Positions 17,520-27,874 of a stretch of DNA of 64,000 nt are shown in pieces. The notes beneath the pieces were generated by a model. It worked only from the letters and a program-made list of their open reading frames with translations. It searched no databases and was not told where the DNA came from. Made by a program: the position numbers and the translations under genes. How positions within the stretch are numbered: position 1 is the stretch's first letter; the number at the start of each line of letters is the position of its first letter. The stretch is from a virus, in the IMG/VR virus record IMGVR_UViG_3300026518_000011, positions 1-64,000 of that record. One strand, written 5' to 3'.

Positions 17520-17549
17520 CCGTATTTATCCTATAACTGATTACTGCCC

Positions 17550-20039
17550 TTAGTTGACAACATTAGCCGATAGTTGTTTAATGGCCACCCAGTTGGCAGT
17601 AGCACCATTTTGTGTTGCACGTGGATTAGCCTCGTTGGTTCTATAGGTCACAGCCACCGTATCTGTTGCTGCCATGTTCAGTGGGCCAGTTGACAGGTTG
17701 AATGCGGACCCTAACTGCGCATTGGTGGAACTATATTTCTGGGTTGCTACCGCAACCGCATTAACCAATATTTGCACAGTATAGGAGGCCGAGTTGACAG
17801 AATTCGTGGCATCTACATTACACGTAATCTCATAAACTCCCGCATGTGGGATAGTAAACCCGTTCGTGGTGGTGCTGGCAACAGCAGCATTGTCAAATTC
17901 TACCACATCATACACTAGTTGTGTAACATTATTACCCGTAAGGGTTTGTGCAACAGAGTTTGACATCTTAGCCATGATTGCTGGAGTAACTACCGCATCT
18001 TCTGGTCTTACCACGGTTGACTCACTCAGTTGAGTGACCGCCATCCATGATGATGCACCAATGTCACCAATAGCCCCGCCTATCCGCTGTAATACTACTG
18101 CCATGTTGACCACAGGAGTTACGGTGATTCTACCAAAGAATGGTGAGGTCTGAGGCCCAGGGTCATTATTAGACGCAGACGAGAAAATCTCCCCCAACGG
18201 GGAATTGGTGAGGATATCATAGAACTGAACATCAATAACGCCTGTTGCCAACCCTGGGTGAACTATTACTGCCTCTAACTCATATGTATTACCGGCAGTC
18301 AGTCCGAGGATTGCACCACCTGCATCTAATGATAGTCCGCTACCATTACCATGTAATGTTTCATTCCACACTACATGGCTACCAACCCCAATATTCGTAG
18401 TGGCGGTAGTGGATACCTGCAAACGGGATAATGGTTTTGGGACTATCATCCCTGGGTTAACTACACTAGCCGTAGGAAGCTCTGTGACCGTCAAATACGT
18501 ACCAGGTCCAGCGTCACCGAGCGGGGATGCAACATCTACATATATACCAATATCCACATTTGCAGTAGGGGTATACACCGTGGTCATGGAAGCCATAGAC
18601 GCATTATTAGTATTCGCGTTAGTGGATTCTAACGCGATCTGACTACCAATTTTAACCCCCGCACTGGTTTGTACATTCCACAACGAGTAACTACTTGCAG
18701 TCGTTAACAATCGCACACCCGCTTCGATTTTATAGGTCTTTCCGGCCACCAATGTTACCAAACCCGTGGTTGTTAAACCCTCTGTGATATTTTGTGATCC
18801 AGACGTCGTTTCCATCACCAGCGGAACACCTGCAGCTACGTTGACCACAGAAGTGCGTCTGCCACTCACGCTACCCAATGGGGTGGGGACTACGGTTCCT
18901 GCCATAACTGTTTCAGTGTCAGGCAACTGGATCACTTCTAAAGCAGCAAATGCCACATTACTAGCAATACTACAATACGCTGATAATGATAATACATCCC
19001 CAGCCACTAGCTCATAGGTGTTATTATCCACTAGCGAGATTGTACCGTTACCAACAGTGCTTTCGGCATATGAAATTGATGCTGAATTTTTAATGATGGA
19101 AGTTTGATGTATTACCGCATTATTTACATTTTGGTATTGACTAGAAACTCTATAGGTACCGGTCCGCTTAATCGTTACATGACTTCCTGCGCTAACCATA
19201 CCACCTATGTCATAATCTATTGTATCCAGAACAATCGGAGTCCATGTGCCTGCAGGAAGCGACTGTGCAGCGGTATGATGGGCACGGGTACGGTGTAAGG
19301 TGGTCTGTGACGAGGCCCCTAAGACCGTAAGGTCCCACTTCCCATTACCGGTATCTATGGCCAGAACCATTTCACCATCGGAGACCACCGTATAAGACCC
19401 ATCAAGGATTCCATTCAACGATTCCCCCACCTGCACCTTAAGAGTCACGTTATTGGTGGATACGGTCTCCCCCACAAAAATATATCGACGCTGCGTCCCT
19501 GTGGCCGTAGGGAGCGTAAAATTAAATGCCCCACCAGAGGCGTTTAGATTATAGATTCCCTCTCCCGCATCAGCATCAGCAGTAATAGACCCATGTTTGG
19601 TCAACCCACCAGATGCGGTCAGACCTGTATCAGCGGAAGTTGTCCATACAACAGTAGGTGAAGTCTTAGTTTGGGTAAAATCGAGCACCCGCGTATCGCC
19701 TGCCACTAAAGTTATTGATGCAACCGGAGACCCATCCGCCCGCGTATACCCGCTGGATAGCACGAATGTTCTAGCCACGGTATCTAAGTTCGTCAGCCGA
19801 AGGGTCATATTTTTTGCACCCCCGACGTTTATAGGATTATTAACCGTGACATTCCCCGTAGAATTCCCATCTATCACCAAGGCAAACGATCTGTGCCCGT
19901 TAAATAAATCTACATTGAACGGATTGCCAGTAGTTGCAGCCGTAACTGGGATATTAATGTCATACCCAGCCGCTGTAATGTTACTACCAGCGGTTAATCC
20001 ACGAGCAACGGTAACGTCACCCTTAATATCATATGCCAT
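17550..20039 (-). CDS. large receptor-binding/fibre protein with tandem C1q-like beta-sandwich domains
   Basis: Four repeats of (T/G).Y...A.V...V.(E/Q)L(P/S)...V..G..VP.P; F.LPTATG fibre module. Confidence 0.7.
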   Translation of the reverse strand: MAYDIKGDVTVARGLTAGSNITAAGYDINIPVTAATTGNPFNVDLFNGHRSFALVIDGNSTGNVTVNNPINVGGAKNMTLRLTNLDTVARTFVLSSGYTRADGSPVASITLVAGDTRVLDFTQTKTSPTVVWTTSADTGLTASGGLTKHGSITADADAGEGIYNLNASGGAFNFTLPTATGTQRRYIFVGETVSTNNVTLKVQVGESLNGILDGSYTVVSDGEMVLAIDTGNGKWDLTVLGASSQTTLHRTRAHHTAAQSLPAGTWTPIVLDTIDYDIGGMVSAGSHVTIKRTGTYRVSSQYQNVNNAVIHQTSIIKNSASISYAESTVGNGTISLVDNNTYELVAGDVLSLSAYCSIASNVAFAALEVIQLPDTETVMAGTVVPTPLGSVSGRRTSVVNVAAGVPLVMETTSGSQNITEGLTTTGLVTLVAGKTYKIEAGVRLLTTASSYSLWNVQTSAGVKIGSQIALESTNANTNNASMASMTTVYTPTANVDIGIYVDVASPLGDAGPGTYLTVTELPTASVVNPGMIVPKPLSRLQVSTTATTNIGVGSHVVWNETLHGNGSGLSLDAGGAILGLTAGNTYELEAVIVHPGLATGVIDVQFYDILTNSPLGEIFSSASNNDPGPQTSPFFGRITVTPVVNMAVVLQRIGGAIGDIGASSWMAVTQLSESTVVRPEDAVVTPAIMAKMSNSVAQTLTGNNVTQLVYDVVEFDNAAVASTTTNGFTIPHAGVYEITCNVDATNSVNSASYTVQILVNAVAVATQKYSSTNAQLGSAFNLSTGPLNMAATDTVAVTYRTNEANPRATQNGATANWVAIKQLSANVVN

Positions 20040-20066
20040 AATTCATTCTCCTTTCAAGAGAAAACA

Positions 20067-20086
20067 GGGGGATATTACTATCCCCC
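20067..20086 (-). terminator. terminator-like hairpin
   Basis: GGGGGATA-TTAC-TATCCCCC with a T-rich tail on the minus strand. Confidence 0.55.
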
Positions 20087-20096
20087 AACAAAGTTG

Positions 20097-22349
20097 TTAG
20101 CTAATTACGATTCGCCCAGCAAAACGAGCATCTGGGGTAGAGATGACTTGCATTTCAACATCTCCGTTAGCAAATATTGTAAGTTTATTCACGGTCACCA
20201 AGAAGTAATTTCCCAATCCATCACTCTGATACGTTTGGACAATTGATGGGGACGTGATCCCATGAGCGGTGGCCAGTATTTTATTGGAATATACCCCGCC
20301 AGATACTGTCCCCCAATCTGTGGTAGCATTAAATACTGTCACCGAAGGAGATTGTGGCGGTGTGGACCACCCCAGTTTGCCAGCACCATCGGTATCAATA
20401 AGAACTTGACCGGTGGCAGTGGGGCCAGCAGCGGGCAATGTAATCGTATAAGCCGATGTAACTGATGCTGGCGCAGTAAATCCTATAGCAATAGAATTAG
20501 CACCAATCAGTGATATTGCACCACCTGTAACACCATCACCATTACTGATACTAACATCATTGCCAACCCCGTTAGTGGTTAGGGAGATTCCTTTACCTGC
20601 TACTGTAATAGGCTGCGAGGTCCCACCATCCAGTGTTATTGCGCCTGTTGACTTGATATCAAGTGCTTTGGCAACCGGACTCAATACACTAAAATCAAAA
20701 CCATTCAATGATATGGTCCGAACAGAGGACAATACCGCATTTGTAGTCTCGATCCAATTAACGGCAGGTGCCGGTTCCTGAATAAGAGTTACTACCCCAG
20801 AATTGTCTGAATAATATACGTGAGTGATTGGGTCAGTGTTAATATTCGTACCAGTGTAATAGATAAAGGTGTCAGTATTATTTGGTCCATTAAACACTGC
20901 AATTTCCGCAGGGGTTGGATTACCGGCGGTGGCCGGAGCTACTGCTGAATCTTTGGCGAATGCCCGATCATTGCCAGCATTCAGTGGTTGCCATTTGTTA
21001 CTAGTGCGGTCCGAATAATACGCACGGCCTAAAATGTTGTCAACCCCCCAACGAACCCCAGCAGGAACTGGGCCACTCAATGCGGTTGGACTCTCAATCA
21101 CCTCATTCACTGGCGCTGTTGCATAATGTAGCCCATCAGTGCCAATAGTCAGACTATTGCCAATATCTGCTGATACCCCTTGTGCAGGGTGTTTGTGGTC
21201 TTCTCGTACTAAATTGCTACTTACACCCACTGCACCAACACCATCGGTAGCTGCTGGTGAAATCGCACTGGCTAAGACGAAGTCCATACTTTCAAATTCA
21301 GCAATCTTTTTCCATGCAGTTCCGTCCCATACATACATAGCAGCACCAGCGGTAACTGTAGCATCACCAGATGCATCTACCACATAAGCAATATCACCGA
21401 TTAATTGTCCGGTTGCTGCTGCCATTGCTGCACTATTCGCAAATACATCTTGATTAGTTGCAATCGTATGAGGGGAGGTAAGCTCGGTGACTGTCCCAGA
21501 GACATCCACATGATATACATAGGTAGGAGCAGACGCGGGTAGATCATCGCCGGTGTAATACAAGATAGCGTCAGTATAAGGACCTGTCAGGGCAAATGCA
21601 GTGATTTCCCCCACCGTGGGCTGACCAGCGGTCGCTGGAGCAACGGTGGTATTATCCGCATGGACACGATTATTTGCAACCGACGCTAATGCTACCAATT
21701 TTCCATCAGCGCCAGATGTAATTATATTACCAGCATCAGTGGAAATCAGATTGGTAGGGCCTGCCATATGCAAACCGTCGGTACCTACGGTCAAAAGTTG
21801 ACCTGCATCCGCAGATACGCCTTGTGCAGGATGTTTGTGGTCTTGTCTCGAAACTTTAGGAGATACACCAATTGCGCCGGTGGCATTATTAGCCGCAGGG
21901 GATACCCCCGTAGCATACACCACCGATATTCGGGAATCAATATCTAACTGCAACTCCACCAATGCAGCCTGAACATCCGTTGATGTAAGATTACCAACAG
22001 GTGTGACAGTAATTTCGGCACCTATATAATCTCCAGCAACCGCTACCACATTGCCCGTACGGCCAAATACCGATGCTACTGCACCCCCACCCCCACCACC
22101 ACCAGTGGCACCCCATGTGGTCCCACCATAGGTCTCCAATTGAGAGGTAGTAGTATTCCAGATCAATAGTCCTGCAACAGGGGATGGAATAGCATCTCGC
22201 TGCGCGGTGGTCAATCGAGCAGTAAGAAAGCCACCGTTAGTATCTTCAATTTGAATAACCGCCGATGGTTCACCAGCGGTTCGGGCATTTACGGCATTGT
22301 TTCCCACCATAACTGGCTTTAGGCGGTATTTACGATTCGGGTCAGACAT
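20097..22349 (-). CDS. long tail fibre protein with internal duplications
   Basis: N-terminal GFL.ARLTT.QRD.I.SP..GLLIWN motif, VASVFGRTG.V, duplicated DHKHPAQGVSAD and VAPATAG.PT blocks. Confidence 0.8.
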   Translation of the reverse strand: MSDPNRKYRLKPVMVGNNAVNARTAGEPSAVIQIEDTNGGFLTARLTTAQRDAIPSPVAGLLIWNTTTSQLETYGGTTWGATGGGGGGGAVASVFGRTGNVVAVAGDYIGAEITVTPVGNLTSTDVQAALVELQLDIDSRISVVYATGVSPAANNATGAIGVSPKVSRQDHKHPAQGVSADAGQLLTVGTDGLHMAGPTNLISTDAGNIITSGADGKLVALASVANNRVHADNTTVAPATAGQPTVGEITAFALTGPYTDAILYYTGDDLPASAPTYVYHVDVSGTVTELTSPHTIATNQDVFANSAAMAAATGQLIGDIAYVVDASGDATVTAGAAMYVWDGTAWKKIAEFESMDFVLASAISPAATDGVGAVGVSSNLVREDHKHPAQGVSADIGNSLTIGTDGLHYATAPVNEVIESPTALSGPVPAGVRWGVDNILGRAYYSDRTSNKWQPLNAGNDRAFAKDSAVAPATAGNPTPAEIAVFNGPNNTDTFIYYTGTNINTDPITHVYYSDNSGVVTLIQEPAPAVNWIETTNAVLSSVRTISLNGFDFSVLSPVAKALDIKSTGAITLDGGTSQPITVAGKGISLTTNGVGNDVSISNGDGVTGGAISLIGANSIAIGFTAPASVTSAYTITLPAAGPTATGQVLIDTDGAGKLGWSTPPQSPSVTVFNATTDWGTVSGGVYSNKILATAHGITSPSIVQTYQSDGLGNYFLVTVNKLTIFANGDVEMQVISTPDARFAGRIVIS

Positions 22350-22411
22350 CTAAGGTTCTCCACAATAACATTTGGTATAATGGTATTTAGGAGAGACTGA
22401 GTTCCCACAAA

Positions 22412-23344
22412 TTATCCAATTTCGCGCACCCATCCAACTGTTGCATTGACGTAGATATATCGGATCGAGAAATGATTTACGGTGATGACATCATCAACTG
22501 CTGCACCATAAAAATTATAACCGCTGGTAGTGGGTTGAAACGTTACATTATTGGCAATCACATTCCCACCAACGTCGATTATGTGAACCCGTGTCCCCGT
22601 AACCACAGATGGACCAGCGGGGGGGATGACATTAATTGGAACCGTGGTGGTATCCACAAACTCAATCGTATCATATGGTGTAGCATATGAGGAGGTATGG
22701 ACCAGAGGATTTACTGCGCCCCCACCCACCCATGACAGATTACCTGCCCCATCAGTGGTTAAGGTGTTACCTGCCGCCCCATCCACAGCAGGTAGCGTGA
22801 ATGTAACACTGGTGGTTACAGCATCAGGAGCTTTCAAACCAACATAGCCACTATTTATCCCATATAGTTGTATCTCATGAGTCTCATTAGGCGCTGCGGT
22901 GCCCGATGAGTAAAATCGAGTAATTAATTGACTGGTGCCTATTTTTGAGATAGCAATCGCATTAATCCCGTCCACTCCCATTGATAACAGACCACTGGAT
23001 GCTGAATAACTGGTAATCCCATTGACAGTCTGAACCTGCATCCTTGCTGAACCGGACGATGATCCTAGAAAGGTGGCAGAGTTTCCTGATGCCACATTTT
23101 TTGTCTGCATCAGGAGTACACCTATCGTTCCCACTCCGTGTAGACCGATGGATGAATTTATGGTAGGATTGATAAACTCCACACCAACCCCTGGTACCGT
23201 AAATCCGGCCAATCCCGACCCTGAAATTTTTATAGCACCCGTCTGTGCCACCGAGGTCACTGACAACCCATTGCCAGTGCTGATAATCATGTTATTAGTA
23301 ACATCTGGCCCAGCAGCAATGATACGATCATTTGTATTTGGCAT
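22412..23344 (-). CDS. fibre protein
   Basis: YVGLKAPDAV...TLPAVDG..G.TLTTDGAGNLSW motif; C-terminal Y.Y.NAT.GW; ATG at 23344 follows the upstream stop. Confidence 0.7.
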   Translation of the reverse strand: MPNTNDRIIAAGPDVTNNMIISTGNGLSVTSVAQTGAIKISGSGLAGFTVPGVGVEFINPTINSSIGLHGVGTIGVLLMQTKNVASGNSATFLGSSSGSARMQVQTVNGITSYSASSGLLSMGVDGINAIAISKIGTSQLITRFYSSGTAAPNETHEIQLYGINSGYVGLKAPDAVTTSVTFTLPAVDGAAGNTLTTDGAGNLSWVGGGAVNPLVHTSSYATPYDTIEFVDTTTVPINVIPPAGPSVVTGTRVHIIDVGGNVIANNVTFQPTTSGYNFYGAAVDDVITVNHFSIRYIYVNATVGWVREIG

Positions 23345-23345
23345 A

Positions 23346-24791
23346 TTATATATTCCTTCCAGTTTCCAGCCAGAATGATCCATCCCACATGAGATTTAAG
23401 ACTGAAGATTGGCCCAATACGATAGAGCCATTTAAGATAAGTAGTCCTGCACTATTATACTGAACCGTATTGGTATTGTTGCCGCCAATCACTGTCAATC
23501 GTTCCCCAACAGATGTCCCAAGCGTAAATGGTATCGCAACGGTCGCCACCACCGGACCCCCTAACCCCTCCACGAATACGATATTCTCGTTAGCGACGGT
23601 CGGTAATATGATTGTAGTCAGTCCGTCAGTGGCCACTGGCACTGTGCGGCTTCCGACCACTGTGGGGGTATTGATAGTAGCCACCCATGATAGATTACCC
23701 GTCCCGTCGGTGGTTAGGGCGTCCCCCGTAGCCCCGTCCGCTGCTGGAAGGGTCCACACCTGATTGGAGGGCGCATTTATAGGACCCTTAAATCCTACAT
23801 ATCCGTTGTTGCCAGTTCCTGTCCCATCCTTAAACCGTAACTCCCCAGTAGTAGGTGCGATTGGATCGGCCCCAATAACCACCCACCCAAAATTGGCTGC
23901 ACCCCCCGTTGATGATCTCCCCGGTTGTAATAGGACCAATCCGCCCACACCGGTGTTTGTTGTTCCGCCCTGCAACGTCGCAGGGCCACCATCCCCACTA
24001 CCTAATGACCCACCGCCGCGTATCACGGATGCACCACCTGTGCCAGATACACTACCACCCAGACCACCCGAAATAATCACTTGGCCACCAAACCCAGTTG
24101 TGCCGCCATCTCCAGCAGTTTGAATGATTCTACCCCCCTGCGAGGTGTCAGTGTTTCCTGCATCAATAATGATATCCCCACCGCTACCAATAGCCCCAGC
24201 GGGTTTATCAGCAGTGCGTATAGTAATCTTACCAGCCTGCCCCGCTAATATACCAGAGCCACCAGCGGCAATCATAATATTGCCACCATTACCAGAATCG
24301 GCCCCACTACCACTAGTAATACTGATAGGAGTCCCTGCGGTGTTACCAGCAGCCAGTCCACTAGATGCAGTAATGTTGATACCACTAGTGGACCAACTCA
24401 ATTGATTAGTAAGACCAGTATAGTTACCAGTATTGTCACCGATATCCAACGTTAGGGTATCATTGTCTGCCGTTTTTTCCACAGACAGCCTAGTGTCACT
24501 ATCGGCATCTACCATGTCAGTGATATTGACTGCACCACCACTACTGAGAGGAACCCATGTGATCCCGTCATAGTATTCAAACTGGGTGATATCCCAATTC
24601 CAGATCAACAACGCCGGTGTGGGTTGTTGAATCAAATCCCGCTGAACTGTGGTCATCCTAGCAGTCAAGAAACCACCATTCGTGTCATCGATGTGTATTG
24701 CAGCCGAGGGTTCCGGAACGGCACGTGTCTGGACCGGATTATTTGAAACCATAAATGGCTTCAAGCGGTGTTTACGATTATACGCAACCAT
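23346..24791 (-). CDS. fibre protein with Gly-rich beta repeats; N-terminus paralogous to 20097..22349
   Basis: Shared N-terminal ~80 aa; GG.I.I.AG repeats; fibre hinge motif. Confidence 0.8.
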   Translation of the reverse strand: MVAYNRKHRLKPFMVSNNPVQTRAVPEPSAAIHIDDTNGGFLTARMTTVQRDLIQQPTPALLIWNWDITQFEYYDGITWVPLSSGGAVNITDMVDADSDTRLSVEKTADNDTLTLDIGDNTGNYTGLTNQLSWSTSGINITASSGLAAGNTAGTPISITSGSGADSGNGGNIMIAAGGSGILAGQAGKITIRTADKPAGAIGSGGDIIIDAGNTDTSQGGRIIQTAGDGGTTGFGGQVIISGGLGGSVSGTGGASVIRGGGSLGSGDGGPATLQGGTTNTGVGGLVLLQPGRSSTGGAANFGWVVIGADPIAPTTGELRFKDGTGTGNNGYVGFKGPINAPSNQVWTLPAADGATGDALTTDGTGNLSWVATINTPTVVGSRTVPVATDGLTTIILPTVANENIVFVEGLGGPVVATVAIPFTLGTSVGERLTVIGGNNTNTVQYNSAGLLILNGSIVLGQSSVLNLMWDGSFWLETGRNI

Positions 24792-24822
24792 CTTATAACT
24801 TTCCCATCAATTACGTGGGTAT

Positions 24823-25533
24823 TTATGACATCTTGGAGATTATCCATTCATTCAGTGATTCATCAGTTGCGGCCCTATCCGTATCATCTTGATCAGCACC
24901 AGTGGTCTCTTGGGCATTATCCGCTGCATCAATAGCATCCTGTTGGGCTTTCTGATTTTGGGTAATACTGCGATGAATAAAATAATCAGTAATGACCTCT
25001 TCCGAATATGGGACTTTTCGCGTTGTGGTGGGAAATACAATGGAAAAATCTTCAATTTGCAAATTTGACAACAATGACACTTGCTCCATCATATCCTGTA
25101 GATCATCGAACTGAAATTTTTCTCGCTGCATTTCTACATATACGATAGAGGTATCTGGTATAGTATCAGAATCTCCATACGCGACATCTAACACCCCACG
25201 ACATTTCATAACAAAATCCCTGAATGGAATAACCGCAGAGGATACTCCCTTGATGAAAAACGCAAAGACGATGTTATTGGTCTCTGGATCGCCTGGCACA
25301 TACTCATCGATACTCAACTGAGGTAATAGAATGTAGCGTAAATCGCCAGCCACCAGTCCTTCAGTTAGCATACGAAATAATTTTTGATCATCCGTGTCAG
25401 GCACGGACTCATAGATGTTTGTAAATGCAGACCCCATCTGATCGATATGAAAATCGGCATCCCACCGATTGTCAAACTTTATGGATGGCACATACTCACC
25501 AGTACCACCATTACGGATCACCCAATGCATCAT
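24823..25533 (-). CDS. conserved jumbo-phage hypothetical protein (probable virion/late)
   Basis: LTEGL.AGDL...SIDEY...IV.AF...VYVEM.R pattern recalled from PhoH-adjacent genes of related large phages. Confidence 0.7.
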   Translation of the reverse strand: MMHWVIRNGGTGEYVPSIKFDNRWDADFHIDQMGSAFTNIYESVPDTDDQKLFRMLTEGLVAGDLRYILLPQLSIDEYVPGDPETNNIVFAFFIKGVSSAVIPFRDFVMKCRGVLDVAYGDSDTIPDTSIVYVEMQREKFQFDDLQDMMEQVSLLSNLQIEDFSIVFPTTTRKVPYSEEVITDYFIHRSITQNQKAQQDAIDAADNAQETTGADQDDTDRAATDESLNEWIISKMS

Positions 25534-25991
25534 AGTGCCTCCAATGCCTGATCAGATAGCTCTTCAATCCGGTCTTTGTTTGTTTTTTCGATCTGGTCTA
25601 GGCTCTGTTTAAGGATCGTAAATGTTACCAGTTTACCATTCTGATGGGTCTTCACCGTGACCTTACCCTGTCCAATAGCGTCGTTCACCCGCTTAGCCCC
25701 CCGTAGATCAGTATCGTTGGACACCAGTAGAGTCACGGTGATCCAGAATTTCTCAACCACGGGCTTACCTATGACTTGGGCAGTATCCCACCCTTTGAAC
25801 AGATATATGTCATGTTGGTCTAGGAATTCTTCAAACATATACAAATAGTTCATCAAGGTGGTGTCACCTCCGAGGTTTGCCATTACTTCGTCACGATCTG
25901 ATTCCATTAATAAAAACTCGGATAACGAATCGTCATCTTCATTTAGCATAACCTCGATCATTTGGTTAAATGTATCAATATCACCAGTCAT
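25530..25991 (-). CDS. conserved jumbo-phage hypothetical protein
   Basis: FEEFLDQHDIY.FKGW...G.P.VEKFW motif; GAGGGA RBS before 25991; late promoter at 26017. Confidence 0.72.
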   Translation of the reverse strand: MTGDIDTFNQMIEVMLNEDDDSLSEFLLMESDRDEVMANLGGDTTLMNYLYMFEEFLDQHDIYLFKGWDTAQVIGKPVVEKFWITVTLLVSNDTDLRGAKRVNDAIGQGKVTVKTHQNGKLVTFTILKQSLDQIEKTNKDRIEELSDQALEAL

Positions 25992-26099
25992 AGCGCATCC
26001 CTCATATTGCATATGGTATTTAGGTATTATTTAAAACATATCTAAGGGAAAATATTAATACTTGACTATCTGGCCATCTATGGATACACTATCACATAT

Positions 26100-26420
26100 A
26101 TGACCCCAATCAGAGGAACCCCAATGACAAGTATTCATCCATCAATGCTGGAAACCGTATCTAAGGAATTGGATACCCTACGAGTGGCGCAAACAGTATT
26201 ATCCAATATTCGGTCTAGCAAGGGGTGGGGCGATTCCCAATCTATCACTGGTAGCATTGGCAACCCATCAGACACTATCCTGATTACCATAGATATATCT
26301 GATGCATTGACACGAAACGAGCGTGATACTATTATCGGTATATTGGCGAATGGACAAGCACGGGTTGTTGATCGATTGACATCCCGCCTAGAGTCCGATT
26401 ACGGGATTACCATAGGATAG
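26100..26420 (+). CDS. hypothetical early protein
   Basis: Behind TTGACT-N17-TACACT; GAGGA RBS favours the second Met. Confidence 0.65.
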   Translation: MTPIRGTPMTSIHPSMLETVSKELDTLRVAQTVLSNIRSSKGWGDSQSITGSIGNPSDTILITIDISDALTRNERDTIIGILANGQARVVDRLTSRLESDYGITIG

Positions 26421-26480
26421 GGGTAATCCTTTTTCTCCTGCTATAAGGGTATTAGCAAAACCAAAGGGAGGAACCCAATC

Positions 26481-26651
26481 ATGGAATTTTCAAAGACAAT
26501 CGTTGTTACTCGTAGCATCGAGATTGAAGTTCATCCTGATCTGATTGCTGATGATCTCTATCTGGTATATTCCCGTTGGAGTGATCGTAAAACTTTTCAG
26601 TGTAGGTTCATGACTAGTGATATGATCAAATATAGGGGGTCACCCCAATGA
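26481..26651 (+). CDS. small hypothetical protein (56 aa, not in ORF track)
   Basis: GGGAGGA RBS; MEFSKTIVVTRSIEIEV...GSPQ; ATGA overlap with next ORF. Confidence 0.65.
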   Translation: MEFSKTIVVTRSIEIEVHPDLIADDLYLVYSRWSDRKTFQCRFMTSDMIKYRGSPQ

Positions 26652-26836
26652 ATATTGCATTTAGCCAATACACTCTTAGTGCAATTAAAAATATCGGGAC
26701 ACCCAAATGCCCCGATAATATCAAAGATTTTGCATATCAAATGTTTCTAACACATCCAGATATTAGCATAGAACGGATACGTTTCATATGGAATGCGATT
26801 CAAGAATGTGATATAAATTACGATGGCCCTACATGA
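26648..26836 (+). CDS. small hypothetical protein
   Basis: ATGA-coupled, AGGGGG RBS. Confidence 0.6.
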   Translation: MNIAFSQYTLSAIKNIGTPKCPDNIKDFAYQMFLTHPDISIERIRFIWNAIQECDINYDGPT

Positions 26837-26837
26837 A

Positions 26838-27554
26838 TCACACAACCATTCCATTATCTGGCCAGTGATTTAAAATTTTAGCCACCGTGGGGTGCCGAAC
26901 TACATCTGCATTGGTGAAATGGGTGAATGCGATTTCATCTATTTCACCAAGAATTGATTCGGCCACGTGGAAACATGATTTATTCCCTACATCACTTTGA
27001 ATGGGATCACCAGTGATAACCATTTTGGACCCATAACCCAATCGGGTCAATAGCATTAATAGATTATCTTTAGAGGCATTTTGCATTTCATCAGAAATGA
27101 TAAACGAGTTGTTGAAGCTCCTGCCCCGCATATACGCCAATGGAACAATTTCGATTTTTCCCTCCACTAAATGTTGCTTAATCGTATTGGGGTTCCAGTA
27201 GGTTTTGAAGGCATCAAATATAGGCTGAAGATATGGGTCCATTTTTGCTGCAATGTCTCCGGGCAAAAATCCTAAGTCTTCCCCACCTGCGGTAACGGCT
27301 GGGCGGCAAATGACAATTTTATCTACCTCTTCATTGATTAATGCTTGCATGGCTAATAATGATGCTATGTAGGACTTTCCGGTCCCTGCGGCTCCCATAC
27401 CGAATGAAATGTCATGGGATCGTATCGCTCGTATGTAATCCTTTTGTGTATCATTTCGAGCTTTGATTTTTAACTCAACACGTGTCCGTGGAACTGGTTC
27501 GAATACTTGTTGATCGCGTTTGGTCTTACGGCGCTTTTTGGCCATAGATACCAC
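26838..27554 (-). CDS. phoH: PhoH-family ATPase
   Basis: GAAGTGKS, RPAV, LGFLPG, PLAYMRGRSF, DEMQN, LLTRLG, ITGD..Q.D, VVRHP. Confidence 0.96.
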   Translation of the reverse strand: MVSMAKKRRKTKRDQQVFEPVPRTRVELKIKARNDTQKDYIRAIRSHDISFGMGAAGTGKSYIASLLAMQALINEEVDKIVICRPAVTAGGEDLGFLPGDIAAKMDPYLQPIFDAFKTYWNPNTIKQHLVEGKIEIVPLAYMRGRSFNNSFIISDEMQNASKDNLLMLLTRLGYGSKMVITGDPIQSDVGNKSCFHVAESILGEIDEIAFTHFTNADVVRHPTVAKILNHWPDNGMVV

Positions 27555-27711
27555 CTCCTAAGTAGTTATGGAGCAGCCCGATGAGTCGCAGACTCCTCAC
27601 AAGTATTTATGCTACCGAGTATAATAATACATCCAATATAATTAGTTCTTGACGAATCGGTAATGGCCAGCTATACATGATTTTAAGCAACCAACGGACA
27701 AGGATTTTACC

Positions 27712-27873
27712 ATGATGACACTGCGTGATATTTTGGACATGATGACCACGAAAGAGATTTTTGAAAATTATGTATATCCGTATTTCAACGGTGGTGGGCC
27801 ATTGTATAAGGCCGCACTTGAGGAAATCGAAAAACGATATAATGCGCTGGAACAAAACACACAAGGGGTATAA
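27712..27873 (+). CDS. small hypothetical protein (53 aa, not in ORF track)
   Basis: AAGGA RBS behind CTTGAC-N17-CTATAC; MMTLRDILDMM...QNTQGV; stops 1 nt before the DUF932 start. Confidence 0.6.
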   Translation: MMTLRDILDMMTTKEIFENYVYPYFNGGGPLYKAALEEIEKRYNALEQNTQGV

Positions 27874-27874
27874 C

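Noticed and set aside
11583-24405. Numerous plus-strand ORFs opposite the fibre genes (e.g. 12418..13056, 17088..17540, 19597..20100)
   Set aside because: Antisense shadows of Gly/Thr/Ala/Val-rich coding sequence, with no RBS or recognisable motifs.
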